Positions 12,001 to 25,760 of a stretch of DNA of 64,000 nucleotides are shown piece after piece; within the stretch, counting starts at the first letter, position 1, and every line of letters starts with the position of its first letter. Source of the stretch: Phoronis australis (Eukaryota; Animalia; Phoronida); NCBI GenBank assembly GCA_002633005.1, contig NMRA01000143.1:501402-565401 (forward strand), written 5' to 3'. Made by a program: the position numbers and the translations under genes. The notes under the pieces are model-generated. The model was not told the origin of the DNA, did no database searches, and saw nothing but the letters and a program-made list of their open reading frames with translations.

Positions 12001-15000
12001 CGGCATTGACGTCAGAACACCATCAATGCCGTGCCGTCAAGCCAAAACGCCACCAATTGGCTATTTGTACCATAACATCCAATTTAATTCCCTACCTGTT
12101 ACTGACTCCTGCCAATGCCAACAAAAACAAGGCCAACCACTGAATAGGTCTGATCGGTCTGAAACAATAGTTTAAAATAAACACGGCACACATCAAATTG
12201 TGAAATATAGGATTATGACACTGAACTTGTATATACAATTGAAATAGCTACTGCAAAATGCTCAATCAAACTTTTAATGATGCTAGGTCAAAACTTGACA
12301 AATTGTACTCATCAAGTCTTTGAGAAAATATGCATTTCCCTGCTCCTAACTATGCTAATGTATAGCAAAAACTAAACGACAATGTTATTTGAACATCATC
12401 TAACCTAAACAAAGTACAGTAAGTTGTATTCATTGACAACTTTTAAATGTGAAAACAAAACAAAAAATCTGCAAATAGGTAACCTTTGCACCAAAAAGGG
12501 CTCACATAGCCCACATCGTGCAGTCTTATTCCCAAACACCACGTCACGATACTTACTGGACATGGTTGAGTGATTCTTAAAACATTTGGCAATTCTCAAC
12601 CTATTTCATATTTGCATCGTCGGTATATGTTGTGTCTCTAACTAATTTGACCAAGCAATCACAGAGATAAAGAATTGGCGTGCAAGTTCCATTTTAAATG
12701 GGTAGCGCACTGGGTAAGTTGTGATAAGACAACATTGTGTGATTTACAGAAAAAATGAAGACAACGTAAATGAGAATAATATGCATTCATGCTGCAACAT
12801 GCTAAGACTGATATACCGATGTAGTAACTAGAGTGGCAGTTCTAGGAGTTAGCCCCCCTGTGATGGAAAAGGCACAAGCTCTTCCAGTGGTGGACCCCAC
12901 AGTCAAAAATAATAGTCCCAGCAAACTGGTTCGCTGCTTAGTTTTCTTACAAACAGCACGATCATTAACAAGTCAGCGTAACATTAACAGTACTTAATAT
13001 GTACTTCTACACTTTCTACAAAATTAATAGTTAACGTCGCATTTTTCTATAACTCCCAATGAAAATAAAGGAAACCACGCAACACAAACCACGATAAAAT
13101 AGACTTAAATTTTCTTATAGACTTTATTTTTATTAAAAAAAGTTTTGACAAAATAAAGTATTCATTTGTCGGCCATATTGCGTGCAAAATAAGCAAAGCA
13201 TTACCATACTCTTGTTGCTCCAGTGGAGCTTACTTACCTGTTTTAACAGGTAAGTAAATAATGACCCTGTACACGAAGGCTGTGGACATCCAGTGGAGCT
13301 TGCTTGCCTGTTAATTTTGAGTTTGTACAGAAATGCTGTGGACATCCAATGGAGCTTACTGACCTCTTAATTATGAGCCTGTACAGAAATGCTGTGGACA
13401 TCCAATGGAGCTTACTGACCTCTTAATCATGAGCCTGTACAGAAATGATGTGGACAGAACCTGTACAGAAATGCTGTGGACATCCAATGGAGCTTACTGA
13501 CCTCTTATTTATGAACCTGTACAGAAATGCTGTGGACATCCAATGGAGCTTACTGACCTCTTAATTATGACCCTGTACAGAAAGGCTGTGGACATCCAAT
13601 GGAGCTTGCTTACCTCTTAATTATGAGTCTGTACAGAAAGGCTGTGGATAATATCTTCAAATTACTTAACACCTGAAAATAAACGAGTATTGACAGAGTG
13701 TTTCTTTTTAAGATCATTAAAGATGTTGTAACGAGAACACTTGAATAAGGTCATTCCATTTTTGTTTAAAATGAATAAATCCACTATTAAAACATCCATT
13801 ACATTGTGTGTGTTTCAGCACTGCTATTGGCTTGTATCTTAGTGGATCGCAACACTTTGTTACAAATTCTTGTAACCATGTGTGATTTTACTTATGCCTA
13901 GCGATGAGACAAGACCAGTCTTAAAATACAGCAGTCATTTTGATCCACTCCAAGCCTTTCAATCTCAAAAATGCTTCATGGTATACATGAAAGGCAGAAC
14001 AAACCAAAAATAAGCCACATAAACACTGAGATTTCAAAATCTTTGATCAACATGAACAGCAGTCGAGTTTGAAAAAGCAAACCAATCTGAAGTAAATGCA
14101 AGATTGGTGACAGCGGTTGTAGTAAAAAAAATCTGAATGCAACATGAAGGAGATTTTGAAGCAGATTACGTAAAAAGATGAGGGTTTTGAGACAGCTGAT
14201 TCCTTAACAAGATATGGTAGTTCAACATGTAAAATCCATACAAATAATGTTTAGACAAATCTAGTCAGTATCTGTTCAACATCAGGTTGAAAGATTTTAT
14301 CTACAGCGCTGCTGTCACGGTTCAAATGCATTGTGGGAGGATTGTCAACTCGTAACATCGTGACATCACAGACAATTTGTGGACCTTGAACATGATTTTC
14401 ATTGAGGTTCTTAGATTTATTCAGTGTGTTTGGATGGTGCGTCTCTAGATAATTTTTTGTGTGAAAGAGTTTGCTGATCTAGGTATTTTGAGGCAGCCTT
14501 TCAATCTCTAACTTTCTTACATTTTAAAAGTTAGCTTTAACAATCTCACATTTCCAATTTTCTAGTAACCAGTGAAGAAATTACTATCTCATGCAAAACT
14601 ATCACCTGACCAGTCACATGACTCACGTGACCAGTCACATGACTCACCTGATAAGTGGCTGGGTCCATGTGAAGCTGCATGTGCACTGCAATATTATTGT
14701 TGAAGCAGTAGAGAAGTGCGGGCAATGTGAATGGCAAGGCAAAGCGCAGAGAGAGACGCCTTATGGAGGAGACGCCAAACTCTGGCAAGTAGAGGACAAG
14801 CGAGACCATCAGCTGGAACCAGATTTGATGATAAATATCAGAAAGTGAATATCGCATGACAAAACTTAAATTAATAATTGATTGTAACTAATGAGCCCGG
14901 GTAATCAGCCCCTCCACAGGTTCTGGTTATAACAGCCGCAATGCAGAAGTGGAGATTTCACAGCAAACTGAGAAAAAAATAGCATGTTGCTTGGCAAGAG

Positions 15001-18000
15001 AACGAAACCTGGTTCAACTAAGAATCATACTCATGACCCAGCAGATAGGAGACCAGCATGCTCCCCACCTACCACCTTTAGTTACTAAAGTCGATTGCAA
15101 AACACACCATCATAAGAAGTTTTTTCCTTCACAGAACTTAAATGTGAGCATGTTCTCCGATGTACAATGTGATCAACATATTTCTTACTTTTATTTACAA
15201 ACACACACTCACAATATCAGGACAGCCACCCTGCCTCGCTATAGAACTCCACAATATTAGTGTCTCAAGAAAAATAGATTCAGAGAACAGAAAGCTCCTT
15301 GTAAGAAAAAAACTGCTGTTCAAGAAACAATATTGTGTTCATCAGAACAGAAATGTGGTGTGTGAGAAATTGTTCATGAAGAAGATCAATGTTTGCGATC
15401 CTGTCCGACATGTAGTTAAAGAAAAGAGCGACTGCCTGGAGTGTCAAATATATACTGTTATCCCATGTCAATCAACTCCAATACAACTTTCTTTACATTT
15501 CACTTAAAGTTAGCAACAAATCCTCCAGAAAACAGTTGCACTCAAAATCATGTACGATCACACCTGAATAATGTTGTCTAATCATTTAAAAAGAATTCCC
15601 TTTCATTTGGCCATTATGTTGAATATTTTTCAATACCTTTATAATTAATCAAATATTTACTCATTCAAACTGACCTTGCACAGCTCCATCATGAGGACGA
15701 GAGATGATGAGTTGAAGGGTATCTGACCATCGACTTCACACAAATGTACCAGCACCGTGTATGAGCCATAAAATACGGTGCTGAAATAACAAGGCTACAG
15801 ACATTGAACATGTTTATGACTTCACGTAGATATACCAGCAATGCGTAACATTTATATTCAAGTTTCAAGGAAAAATTTTTTTTGAAATGCAGCGGCTCTG
15901 GAGAAGAACGATCTTTACTTAGACGCCATTTTCGAAATGCTTAGGTACTATTTGATGAAGTTCACAGGATCGAAAGAAAATTTTTGAGAGATAGAGCTGA
16001 CCTTATAGAATCTCTAAATTTTAATAACACAACAGAATTTTGTAGTATATTAAGAATTTGGGCCCCTACTTTAGAAAGAGAGAACCCATGCAGGTATACA
16101 ATGATACTGGAAACCTTATTACCAATAACCAATGTTTTTTTATAAATGGAAAAACGGGTATGAATCCTTAAACAATGGACCAACTGTAAATAATTTTGAC
16201 CGGGAATTTTATGCCGATATGCTTCTCAAAAAACCTGATCTTGAGTCATTATGTAATCATGACTTTGATGAAAACAGTACTTTGAATAAAAATACTACTC
16301 ACGATGAAGTAAAGCGGGTAATGATGAAATCTAAATATACTAAAGCAGTAGGAATAGATCAAATATGTTACGAAGTATGTAAAATTGATACCGCTATTTA
16401 CCGTTTGACTGCTTTGTTCTAAATGGTTTTCGTTACGACATGTTTCCTGGTCTATGAGCTAAATCCGTTATTATGCCAAATACCAAGGGGTCAGAGAGAC
16501 TCGTGCGTCCCGCTGAGTTACAGAGGTATCAGCTTGTTGTCCAATGTATACAAGTATAATAGTAGTGTAATGAACAATAGACTGGTTGAGTACACGGAAG
16601 AAAATGGACTCCTTGTTGATGAGCAGAATGGCTTTCGTCGCCACGGTGACAGAGCATGTGTTGATCATGTCTTTGTTTTGATCTCTGTTATTTGTAACCG
16701 CTTGAATAACAAACAATCCACATTTAAGACTTTTATTGATATGCAAAAAGCCTTTGACTGGGTTGATAGAAATAGTTTACTTTTTAAAATGCTGGATCTG
16801 AAGATAGTTGAAGTTTTATGAATCGGTTAAAAATATGTTCGCCGAAACTCAATCCTGTGTTAAAATTAATAATACCATTACTGACTGGTTTTATACACCG
16901 TGTGGGGTCAAACAAGGAAATGTTTTACCATGTACTCTTTTTGCACTGAATTGGCAACGAAATTAAAACAGTCAAATTTAGGAATTCCTATTGGTGCTGA
17001 TAATGTTTCATCTTTGTTTTATGCGGATGATATAGTGGTACTTCCCGAGAGCGAAGAAAATTTACAGGGTTTATTGAATATAGTTGCCAAATGGTGCTCT
17101 AAATGGAGGCTAATTGTCAATCAGGAGAAAACCACTACAGATCCGAGCTTGTCTCTTGTAGTCTATATCCCTTTCGGTTGGGTCGACTAGACCTAGACTA
17201 TGTACCCAATTATAAATATTTAGGCATAATTTTAAATGAACATTTGAAGTTTTCTGAAACTACTAAAACTCTGTCCGAAACTGCCAGCTTTGGGCGCTTT
17301 AATCAATAAATTTAAAAAGAATAAAAATATGAGGTACAGAGCCTTCTCTACATTATTCAATGCTTGTGTTGTGCCTGTAAGAGATTATTGTGTAGGTGGC
17401 TCTAGTCTACAGGATTATGATGTCATTCAGAATAGAGCAGCACAATTTTTCTTGGGCGTTCAAAAATTTGTTCCTAATCATGCGGTTATGGGTGACATGG
17501 TGTGGGAATTCCACAATGTAAGTTGACCTTTTGACAATGTGGAATCGTGCTATTAATTTCGAGGAAGATAGACTAACATATCGAATATTTTGGTGGGACT
17601 ACACAACCTGTACTAATAATTGGTCTTCTGAAGTTCTGAACATTATTGAAGAGCTGGGGATTTCGAATCATTTTCATAATTTACGTTCAGTTAATCTCTC
17701 TCACTGTAAGACTATTTTGTATGATTTGTCTTGCAATAGGTGGTTGTTTGAATGCCGTTTGAAACCAAAGTTAAGAACCTATGTTTGGAAGAATGTTTTT
17801 AAAATTTGAGACTAATGTGCAGTTAGACCTGACTCGGCCTAGGTAGGTCAATTCTTGCTCAAATAAGAACCGGAACCCTACAGCTATTAATTGAGGTTGG
17901 GCGTTTTCATTCTCTGGAACTTGATGATAGAATTTGCTGTCTTTGTCACACTGGTCATGTCAAAACTGAAGTATATTTTCTGTTTGAGTGTCCGTTTTTC

Positions 18001-21000
18001 TTAGAGGTCAGATACACTCTTAACTCTCAAGTTGAGATTAAATATTCACGATTTCGTGCAGAAAGCAGTAAAAGTAAATTACAACTATGCAAAAAGATGT
18101 TATCAGAAAAACTCCAGTCTTCATAAAAAATATTTTTGAGATAGGTAAAAGATCACTCTTATCTTTTTGGTCCTCTTGCAATGCTTGTACACTTGTTTTT
18201 TTCATTTTGTTTTGATGTATCTAAAGTGACTTATAAGCTCCGTGGTGGCGGGCTGGGTGTTCCTGTTTTGTTGCGTATTAATTGTTTGAACACGTCACCA
18301 TAACATAAAATTACTTACTTACTTACATATAGTGTTCTGCACAATTCAAAACCCCAAAAGTCAACAAACACACCGGAAATGCATGGCAGGTGACATTCTC
18401 TGTAGTGCAACAGTGCAGCTATTTTAAGTGCACATGAACCTCAGTATTGCCAATGCAGGAGGACTAGTCCTTTGTTTAGAATACTTTATGTCCACTACAG
18501 GCGTTGTATGTACGCTTAGGACATTTCCAGAGTGTATTGTAATTGTGGCCTACTTGCGCTCCTAGGTAATTGTTTATTGGCTAAGTATATGTTACAATTT
18601 CAAGAGTACCGTTAGATGGTTTTTAGCTTGAGCAGTCATCTGTAGTGCTCGTTTCCAATATTGGTTCTCGTCATGTAGTAAATGCACTTTAGAGGTATTA
18701 TTAGCTGGGCCCGCGGAAAACTCCCAGTAAGTAATTTTAGTTAATGCTTTATGTTTATCTTATTCATGTACGTCTGTTTGATTATATACCTGTAGTGTTT
18801 CATTGTTAACCTGTAATGACTGCTTTGTGGTGGTTTAATTTTTGTAGAGTGCGGGTTCAAGCCCCGTGTCCTATCAGTTATCAATGTATGTAAACAGTAA
18901 TGCACAGCAACACAGAAAAAAGGTGTATGGTCAATTTTTGTTTAAAAACTGATGACAACTTATAGATCAAAATCTTTTATTCACATGCGATTGTCTGGCC
19001 TTATATCAAACAGAAAAATGACAATTTTAGCAATTATTTATTTCCAATGTCTACATTGTAATATAACTACCAAATGAATTCACTTACAGGATTACTGTCA
19101 TTAGGAACCAACAGAGTTGATTGACAGGCCTGGTGGGTGTGACTGCTTTTATATTCTCTTTAGGCATGGTGACCTGAGTGAGGCCGTTTCTCTCCTGGAA
19201 ACGTGTCAGTAGAAGCACAGTTAACACACAGACCTATGTATCAGTAGAGGCACAATTAACACACAGACCTATGTATCAGTAGAGGCACAATTAACACACA
19301 GACCTATGTATCAGTAGAGGCACAATTAACACACAGATCTATGTGTCAGTAGAGACACAATCAACACACAGACCTATCCAGTGGCTGTGCTCTCAGTCAA
19401 GAAGGAAATTATGATTTTGGCAACTTACCGTAATAAAATAAATCCCAATTTGTTCCTTAAAAATTATTACCAAATAAAGAAATGGGCTTTAGAAGAACCG
19501 TCAGTTCTGAGAGCAAGTCCAGTCACAGCATGAGAACACTTCTATACTGACAAACAAGATAAGACCATAAAAGTACTAAGTGGCCTAAATCAAACCTGTT
19601 TTTCCAGAAAGCATGAGTTAAATTCCACTTCTAGTGATGCCCAGAACTGATGGTCAGCATACCTATTAGGATTAGTTCCCACAACGTACAGCCCCAAAAC
19701 CTCAGAAACTTCCCGTCTTTTAAAACTCATGGTTTGGTTATGTTTGGATATATTAACGATTGATTCCTAACTTCAAGACCAACGGTACTGAGCCAAATGA
19801 ATACAAGCAAACATGCATAAACAAGAACAATGCAGTGTTGAAATGCACCCACGACAGCAACGCAAACAGTGTGTCTCTACAGGTGTCTATCAGTGTCAAA
19901 ACATGGACACTTGGTGGTGCATAACATGTCAAATCAATCCCAAAATGGATAGATGCTATGGCCATCATACCAGAAACTCGTTTGCGACCTTTCAATAAAA
20001 ACTGTCACAGAACTCTAAAGATACAGTAGTCGGAACTGTGCGAAAGTTCACTCACGTCATCCCATCCATGAAAGGAACATATGTGCAAAATTTCATGAAC
20101 ATACATCAAAAGATTTCAGAAATGGAGCAAAGGACGCTGGACACCAGATGGATGTCAGACGGACAGGGATGATGGCATAAAAATTGCTACTAGAGGCACA
20201 CCAATTGTCGCACTGGGCTGAAACCAAACATCATGTGTTGCCAACTCCATAGCAACATATCTGCCACAACATTCCAGCAAAGGGTGAAGGAGATACAACT
20301 GTGGATGCAAAATGACAGAAAATCCCCACCAAGGAGCGCCTGAGTAGTCGAACACTCCCAAAAATTACTGCCAACTGCGGTCTCCTCATCAAAAACACTC
20401 TTGCTAATTTTCATAATGATCCTTCAAGCAGTTGAAGACATAAAGGCGGATGTCAAAAACGGACTAGAAAATTTAAAAACGGCCAAAAGGAGATGCAGAA
20501 TCGTTAAGGCAATGCGATAATGTAAAGTGTCATTGCTTTCGTAATAGCAACCTATTTGCCAAATTTCATGAAAATCCAGATAAGAATTACGAAGATAAAA
20601 GGCAACCGTAAAAAGCTAAAACTCGCATCCTCATCTGTCGTCAGCTTCATAGGAACATACCTGCCAAATCTCATTAAGATCCTGCAAGGGATTTAGGAGA
20701 TACAGCTGCAGACGCCAGTCACCCAGATAGAGATGACAGCAATATGCAACCACATATAAATATGTGCGTGCATAAAAACTAAGTTTTCAAATGCATATAA
20801 GGACGTTTCGGCTCTAAATCACTAGACTACCATGTTCATTTTCCAGAAATATCTTGCACGATTCAATCATTCATGAATGTTGATGATATTTGTGAATATC
20901 TTGCCTCCCAAGTATGCAGGAATGGAATCCAGTTCTTTATTCACATCATTCACATAATTCACATCCCTTTCACCTGCTACTTGCTGTTTCATCATAGACG

Positions 21001-22645
21001 TGTCATTGCCAAATCATAAAACTCTTTTAAAGATTATGAAGAAGTGACCAAGTACCGTATTTGTGAGAATTACCACCCAGAGTAAAAAGCGAAACTGAAA
21101 AACAGGGAATGGAGGTTTGGCCAAGACATTTTTATGTTTGCGTGTTAAAAACATGAACTGAACAATGTTCTCATTGGCTGCACACTTGATTAACGTCGCT
21201 AAGTCAACTAGCTAACCAATTTGTTTGGTCCTTGAAGACGACTTCTGGCATACTGAACAACCAGGGCCCGGTCTCTAATCTTTGTACTCGAAACGAACTC
21301 GAAACTAATTTTGACAATTTCTCTGCTCCTTTTGTGCGAACTTAAGATAATTGGTTATCAGACTGTGCCCGAATACATTATAGTTTATGCATAGGAGTTT
21401 CTAGTTCAAGTTTGCCCTTGAAGACCCATATATTCGTGCTACAAACTCGAGTAAAAACTTGAAATTTCGAGTTCAAACTCGAACTTATTGCTTTAATATT
21501 GGGTTTACAAACTCTGAACTAAGGGCAATAAATTATCTACGTAAGTTATTGTGTACTCGAGCATAGAATAATAGACACTTATCTTGAGTTCGCCCAAAAG
21601 AAGAGTAGAAAATGCCAAACCTAATTTCGAGTTCCATTTCGAGCAAAAAGATTGGAGACCGGGCCCAGGTGTCTTAGCCGGTTGAAATGGTGAAGTCAAT
21701 CCAATGCAGTCATTGTATCTTTCACTTCGTGAGAAAAAAACAATAAAACATTGGTGAAATATTGAACATTTACTGTATAATTTGGGCAGGAGCAGAAATT
21801 TTAAAGAGAAGAAAGTTAGTAAAGCTGACATTGTCACATCACATCGAGTGACACTGTCTCGTCAATTCAGGACACAATATGGCGGAAGAGTAAACTTTTA
21901 TTTTCTTGTTTTTTCGTAACAGATATGTAGCATCGAACTACCGGGTATTGTCTGTTCACGTTCGAGTTCTGTGCCATAGCTGTCAGCAGACAAAATTTTG
22001 AAAAATTCTGTGCATTCACAATGATATTTAAAGACCTTGAAAAGGTAGGAAAATTTTGTGAATTGTTTTTGTCTGAATGAAACTTTACTGAAATTATTGG
22101 GTCATGCAATGATGATGAGAGAAAGTACTAGTATATCATTGGGTCATGCAATGATGATGAGACAAAGTATATCATTGGGTCATGCAATGATGATGAAACA
22201 AAGTATTTCATTGGGTCATGTAATGATGATGAAACAACGTATATCACTGGGTCATACAATGATGATGAGAAAAAATATATTTTTCAGTGAAATTTATTGA
22301 ACCCAACAGTAACTGAACAGTTAAGAAGCCAAATAAACAAAAACATGCGCATCAAATTAGAATTTACGAGGAGACACTCACTATTTGTTGGCATAGGAAA
22401 TAAAAAAAATACACCATGCAAAGAACAAAAATTCAGCACCTCGCACATTCAATACTGTCCTGTTTAGAACAGGGGTTTGGTAATAATCTAAGTATTAATG
22501 TCAAGCAGCATTTCACGTCAAATACCGTCAAAAAGTAATATTAATGTTACGATTTATTACTCAGGCAACAGAAACCATACATCTTGAAATTTGAAGAATG
22601 CAACAGTATCTCAAAGAGTTAACAGACGGTAATGAGACTTACCAT
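9086..22645 (-). CDS. SLC35A4: SLC35A4-like probable UDP-sugar (nucleotide-sugar) transporter, 9 coding exons, ~331 aa
   Basis: Exons 22645-22643 (ATG only; alternative start ATG at 19167), 19194-19088, 15780-15675, 14812-14648, 13672-13614, 12158-12096, 11005-10852, 9871-9725 and 9277-9086 are phase-consistent (996 nt). Motifs YGSYTVLVHLCEVDGQIPF, PALLYCFNNN..HMDPATYQVLSNLKI, LYCLISGLAGVYTE, LQNLILYSFGVLFN and MKHASNIARLFVISC match the SLC35A4 sequence as I recall it. Confidence 0.9.
11678..11731. mobile_element. Deleted copy of the CA(T/C)GGGC MITE
   Basis: CACGGGCGGCGC..CACTGCCCATG with TSD AATAA. Confidence 0.65.
11865..12060 (-). mobile_element. Second copy of the Penelope-like 3' end
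   Basis: Near-identical reverse-complement match to ~6675-6830. Confidence 0.75.
13218..13648. repeat. 56-bp minisatellite (~7.5 units) derived from an SLC35A4 exon/donor junction
   Basis: GCTGTGGA recurs at 13279, 13335, 13391, 13473, 13529, 13585 and 13641; the last unit overlaps exon 13672-13614. Confidence 0.9.
15900..18325 (+). mobile_element. Decayed non-LTR retrotransposon (LINE ORF2 RT region plus 3' end) in an SLC35A4 intron
   Basis: Frameshifted fragments KAVGIDQI, YRGISLLS, LLVDEQNGFR, FIDMQKAFDWVDR, LFYADDIV, YKYLGI, KPKLRTY and a C-terminal Cys motif (ICCLC..FLFECP). It ends in a (TTAC)n tail at ~18311-18325. The 5' boundary is approximate. Confidence 0.9.
19205..19377. repeat. 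Tandem repeat, 35-bp unit x5, next to an SLC35A4 acceptor
   Basis: CAGTAGAGGCACAATTAACACACAGACCTATGTAT recurs at 19207, 19242, 19277, 19312 and 19347. Confidence 0.9.
19821..20777. mobile_element. Helentron/HINE-like repeat with internal core repeats (copy 1, degenerate)
   Basis: Begins ACAAGA.CAATGC..GTTGAAATGC.CCC and ends in the hairpin CACATATAAATATGTG plus ATAAAA, like the copies at 24889, 29859 and 35674. Confidence 0.55.
21265..21665. mobile_element. PIF/Harbinger-like MITE (family B) with long TIRs
   Basis: GGCCCGGTCTCTAATCTTTGTACTCGAAA..TTTCGAGCAAAAAGATTGGAGACCGGGCC with a 3-bp TSD CAG on both sides; largely palindromic. Confidence 0.75.
22095..22270. repeat. Tandem repeat, ~36-bp unit x5
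   Basis: TTGGGTCATGCAATGATGATGA(G/A)ACAAAGTATATCA repeated. Confidence 0.9.
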
Positions 22646-24888
22646 CAGTAAAAGCAGCTTGGCCACCAAATAATAGGAGTATTTTTCTATATCAGGTTAC
22701 CATTATAACCTGAAATTGATATTCAAAGCAATTTGTAAGCAACATTGACAACCTTCACATATCAGCTGTACCAGGACACGTAAAGAACAACTAACAGAAC
22801 ATTGCAAAACTGCAAGTTCATAAGTTTCACCAGTAGAACCAGAGAGCACCACTAGCCAAAGTATTTCATGCGCTCAAACAGGCTTGACTGTATTCACTTC
22901 ACATGAATGGTCACAGCACATAGACTGAGAAAATTGCCATAGCCATTTCCTCGCTGCGAAATGAGGTGGTGTACCATATGAATTTTTAGGAAGGAACAAG
23001 AGCAGAGCTTTGATATGCGTCCACCGTGTGCAGTTCTGAACTTAACACATAATATCGTGCACAAGCGTGAAAAAGTGCAGACACAAAGCCAAGCCTTCCC
23101 ACAGATGTTACTGCAAAACAAACGAAAATTACACAAAACAATACACAGCAAAACTGTCAGTCAATGCCACACAAAGTCAAGATGTTCAGTTGCAATTCGC
23201 TCCAATAAATACCACTTATTTCGGTTTTAAAACAAACATCCCATCACACAATGGCAAATATCATGTAACTCCCATCTACAGAGTGACAACTGTTCAATAC
23301 CCATTCTTACTGTTTCCATGTATTTAGGCCACGCGTATGTATGTGAAGTTGGGCCTATTCACAACTCAATAAGGCTTATGCACCTTTGGGCGAAACGTTC
23401 AAACAAAAAATATGTGAATGAAGCTTGACCCTTTACAAAACGCGAGATTTTGCACTCAGTTTAGAAACACCTAAAAGGCAAAGTACCCACAAAAAAACTA
23501 ATTAATGCAAATCTACACAGGACAGTCTCCAGCATCAACAAGACAAGCACAGTTACGTGTGCCTATATGCAAAACACTTGTAAGGGTAAAAATGTTCTTA
23601 AATAAAACGCACTACTCCTGATTTAGGTGTACCAGCCTCAATAAGCGCACAATAATATAAAGTATTTATATGGTATATATGTACACCATACTGGTCCCCT
23701 TTAATCTCCATTGTATATGCATTGAAAAATTGAGATGTATTTTAAATCGAGCTTCTTTGTTTGAAAACGAAATATTTGAGAAGTTAGAAATGGTGCTTGA
23801 CCTGCCAATTAAGCTACAGATAGTGGTGAATCTGTAATGAGTATAGTAGCATATGAAGACCGAGCTCTTAATCACTCGCCTATGGGGCAATTGCTCTTAG
23901 AGCGACACGTTTTAACTTAAAAGACGCTTGACAAAAGGTCACTGTTCAAGACTTGGTGGCAAAATGATTCAGATTAATGGCCACTGGACATGCAACATTA
24001 AATATGGGCTGAAAATATTAAGGAATCAGAGACTGGCAAAGTGACTATTGTCCAACGACCTGCAGTACAGGCTATAAAACATGACAACATAGACTTGTGA
24101 GATCTAACCGTCAACTAGCCAAAAAGGAGGCAACACACAGGTGATCTCTGCCTGTCTCCAGAAAATGACACTTCATTGCAAACAATTGTTGGGACCAAGG
24201 CTGTTATGTTGATTAAGAATTGTTTGTTTATTGGGCAGATGTCACCAACTATTCAGCTAGTCTTACAAAAGTGAGAATTTCAACTCTTAACATTAAGAGA
24301 ACGTGGCGTTCACTTTCCCTGCTACATAGCCCATAATTATCAATATTCAGTGAGTCAATCTACATATGCCATCTGGAAAAATAGGTCATTCCAAAAGTTT
24401 TAAGAGACCTCACCATGCCGATCTCAAACTTTGGTACCAAATAAACATGGGTTTTCCAAACTGCAATGAAAGCCAGTCTTTTGGAAAATACACTTGTTGA
24501 ATGAAACTTCACAGCTCTGACTAACGTCTTTGTAAGTGCCATTTTTAACAGTGCAACTGCACCGATAATCTCTTTACTAAGATGAATCATTTAGATGCAG
24601 TGGCAAGCGTAACTCAAAATTTAGTTCCCACGCCTCTTATCACTTAGAAATCCCCTGCCAGGCACTTAAACCAGTTGGCAAAAGAGCAATCCCCACACAA
24701 AGATGAGTAAGAGATGCCTTTATATTGCAGCACTCAATGCATATTAACCACCGTTCCGAGACTTGAACCAGGGAGCATCAGTGCCCGAGTCAAGCGTCCA
24801 AACACATCGGCCTATAAGCAATAGTCCATTAGAAAGTGATTTAGAGGCTTGACTTGACCTCGAGTTACACTCAGAACTGGAAATATAC

Positions 24889-25760
24889 AACAAGAGCAAC
24901 GCGGAGCATTGAAATGCGCCCACGAACGCATCGCAAATGCTGTGCTTTAAGGGGGTTTTGTTTGTATCATCGAAATGGCCACTAGGTGGCGCAAAATATG
25001 TGGAATCTGTCTGAAAACCAGAAAATGTCGCCGTTTCTTTAAAAGAAAGCCATTTACCAAATTTCATTAAAATTCAGAGAAACAGAGGAAAACGAAAAAA
25101 TGAAATTGCCACTAGGGGGCCACAGTGTTTGTCGGATCCGTCTTCTCTTGTTAACTTCATATAAATACACGTGCTAAATTTAATAAAGATCCTGCAAAGG
25201 GCTTAGGAGATACAGGTATGGGTGCAAAAAAACAAAACCGCCACTAGGAGTCGCTTCAGCACTCGAAGTCATCGGAAAATCGTCAACTGTCCCCTTCATA
25301 GAAAGAACATACATACCACCTTTCACAATCATCCTTAGAGCAGTTTGGTTGACAGAGGAACGGACGCCAAAAAAACTCGAAAGACTCGAAAACAACAAAA
25401 ATGGCCACTAGGCGGCACAAACTACGAATCCATCCGAAAATGAGAGGATAGTGTCATCTCACTAATAGATGACTATGTGCCAAATTTTATGGAAATCTGT
25501 TGAGGACCTTTGAACATACAGAGGTAAACGTAATAAACTAAAACTGCCACTAGGGGGCACACCAGAACACCGATCTGTACGAAAATCGTCGACGTCCATT
25601 GCCACTAAGGGGCACAGTGGTATTCGGGTCGGTCCGAAACTCGTCACCCTCTGTCGTCAACCCCATAGGAACACTCTTGCCATATTTCAATAAGATCCTG
25701 CTAGGGGTTTAAGACATACAGCTGCGGACGCCGAACGCCCAGACAGAGATGACGGCAATA
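24889..25760. mobile_element. Helentron/HINE-like repeat with ~140-bp core repeats (copy 2)
   Basis: Begins ACAAGAGCAACGCGGAGCATTGAAATGCGCCC; tandem cores each contain a GCCACTAGG(T/G)GGC-like motif. Confidence 0.6.

Noticed and set aside
13218-13648. Regularly spaced repeats (also 19205 and 52443) resembling CRISPR arrays
   Set aside because: Head-to-tail units with no unique spacers, no cas genes, and a eukaryotic context.
20155-20414. Minus-strand ORFs in an SLC35A4 intron considered as the uORF microprotein
   Set aside because: The sequence is a degenerate core unit of the Helentron-like repeat (compare 25190-25260) and does not resemble the microprotein.
24745-24815. tRNA-like SINE head on the minus strand
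   Set aside because: Only a B-box-like GGTTCAAGTC and a weak A-box; too degenerate to call.
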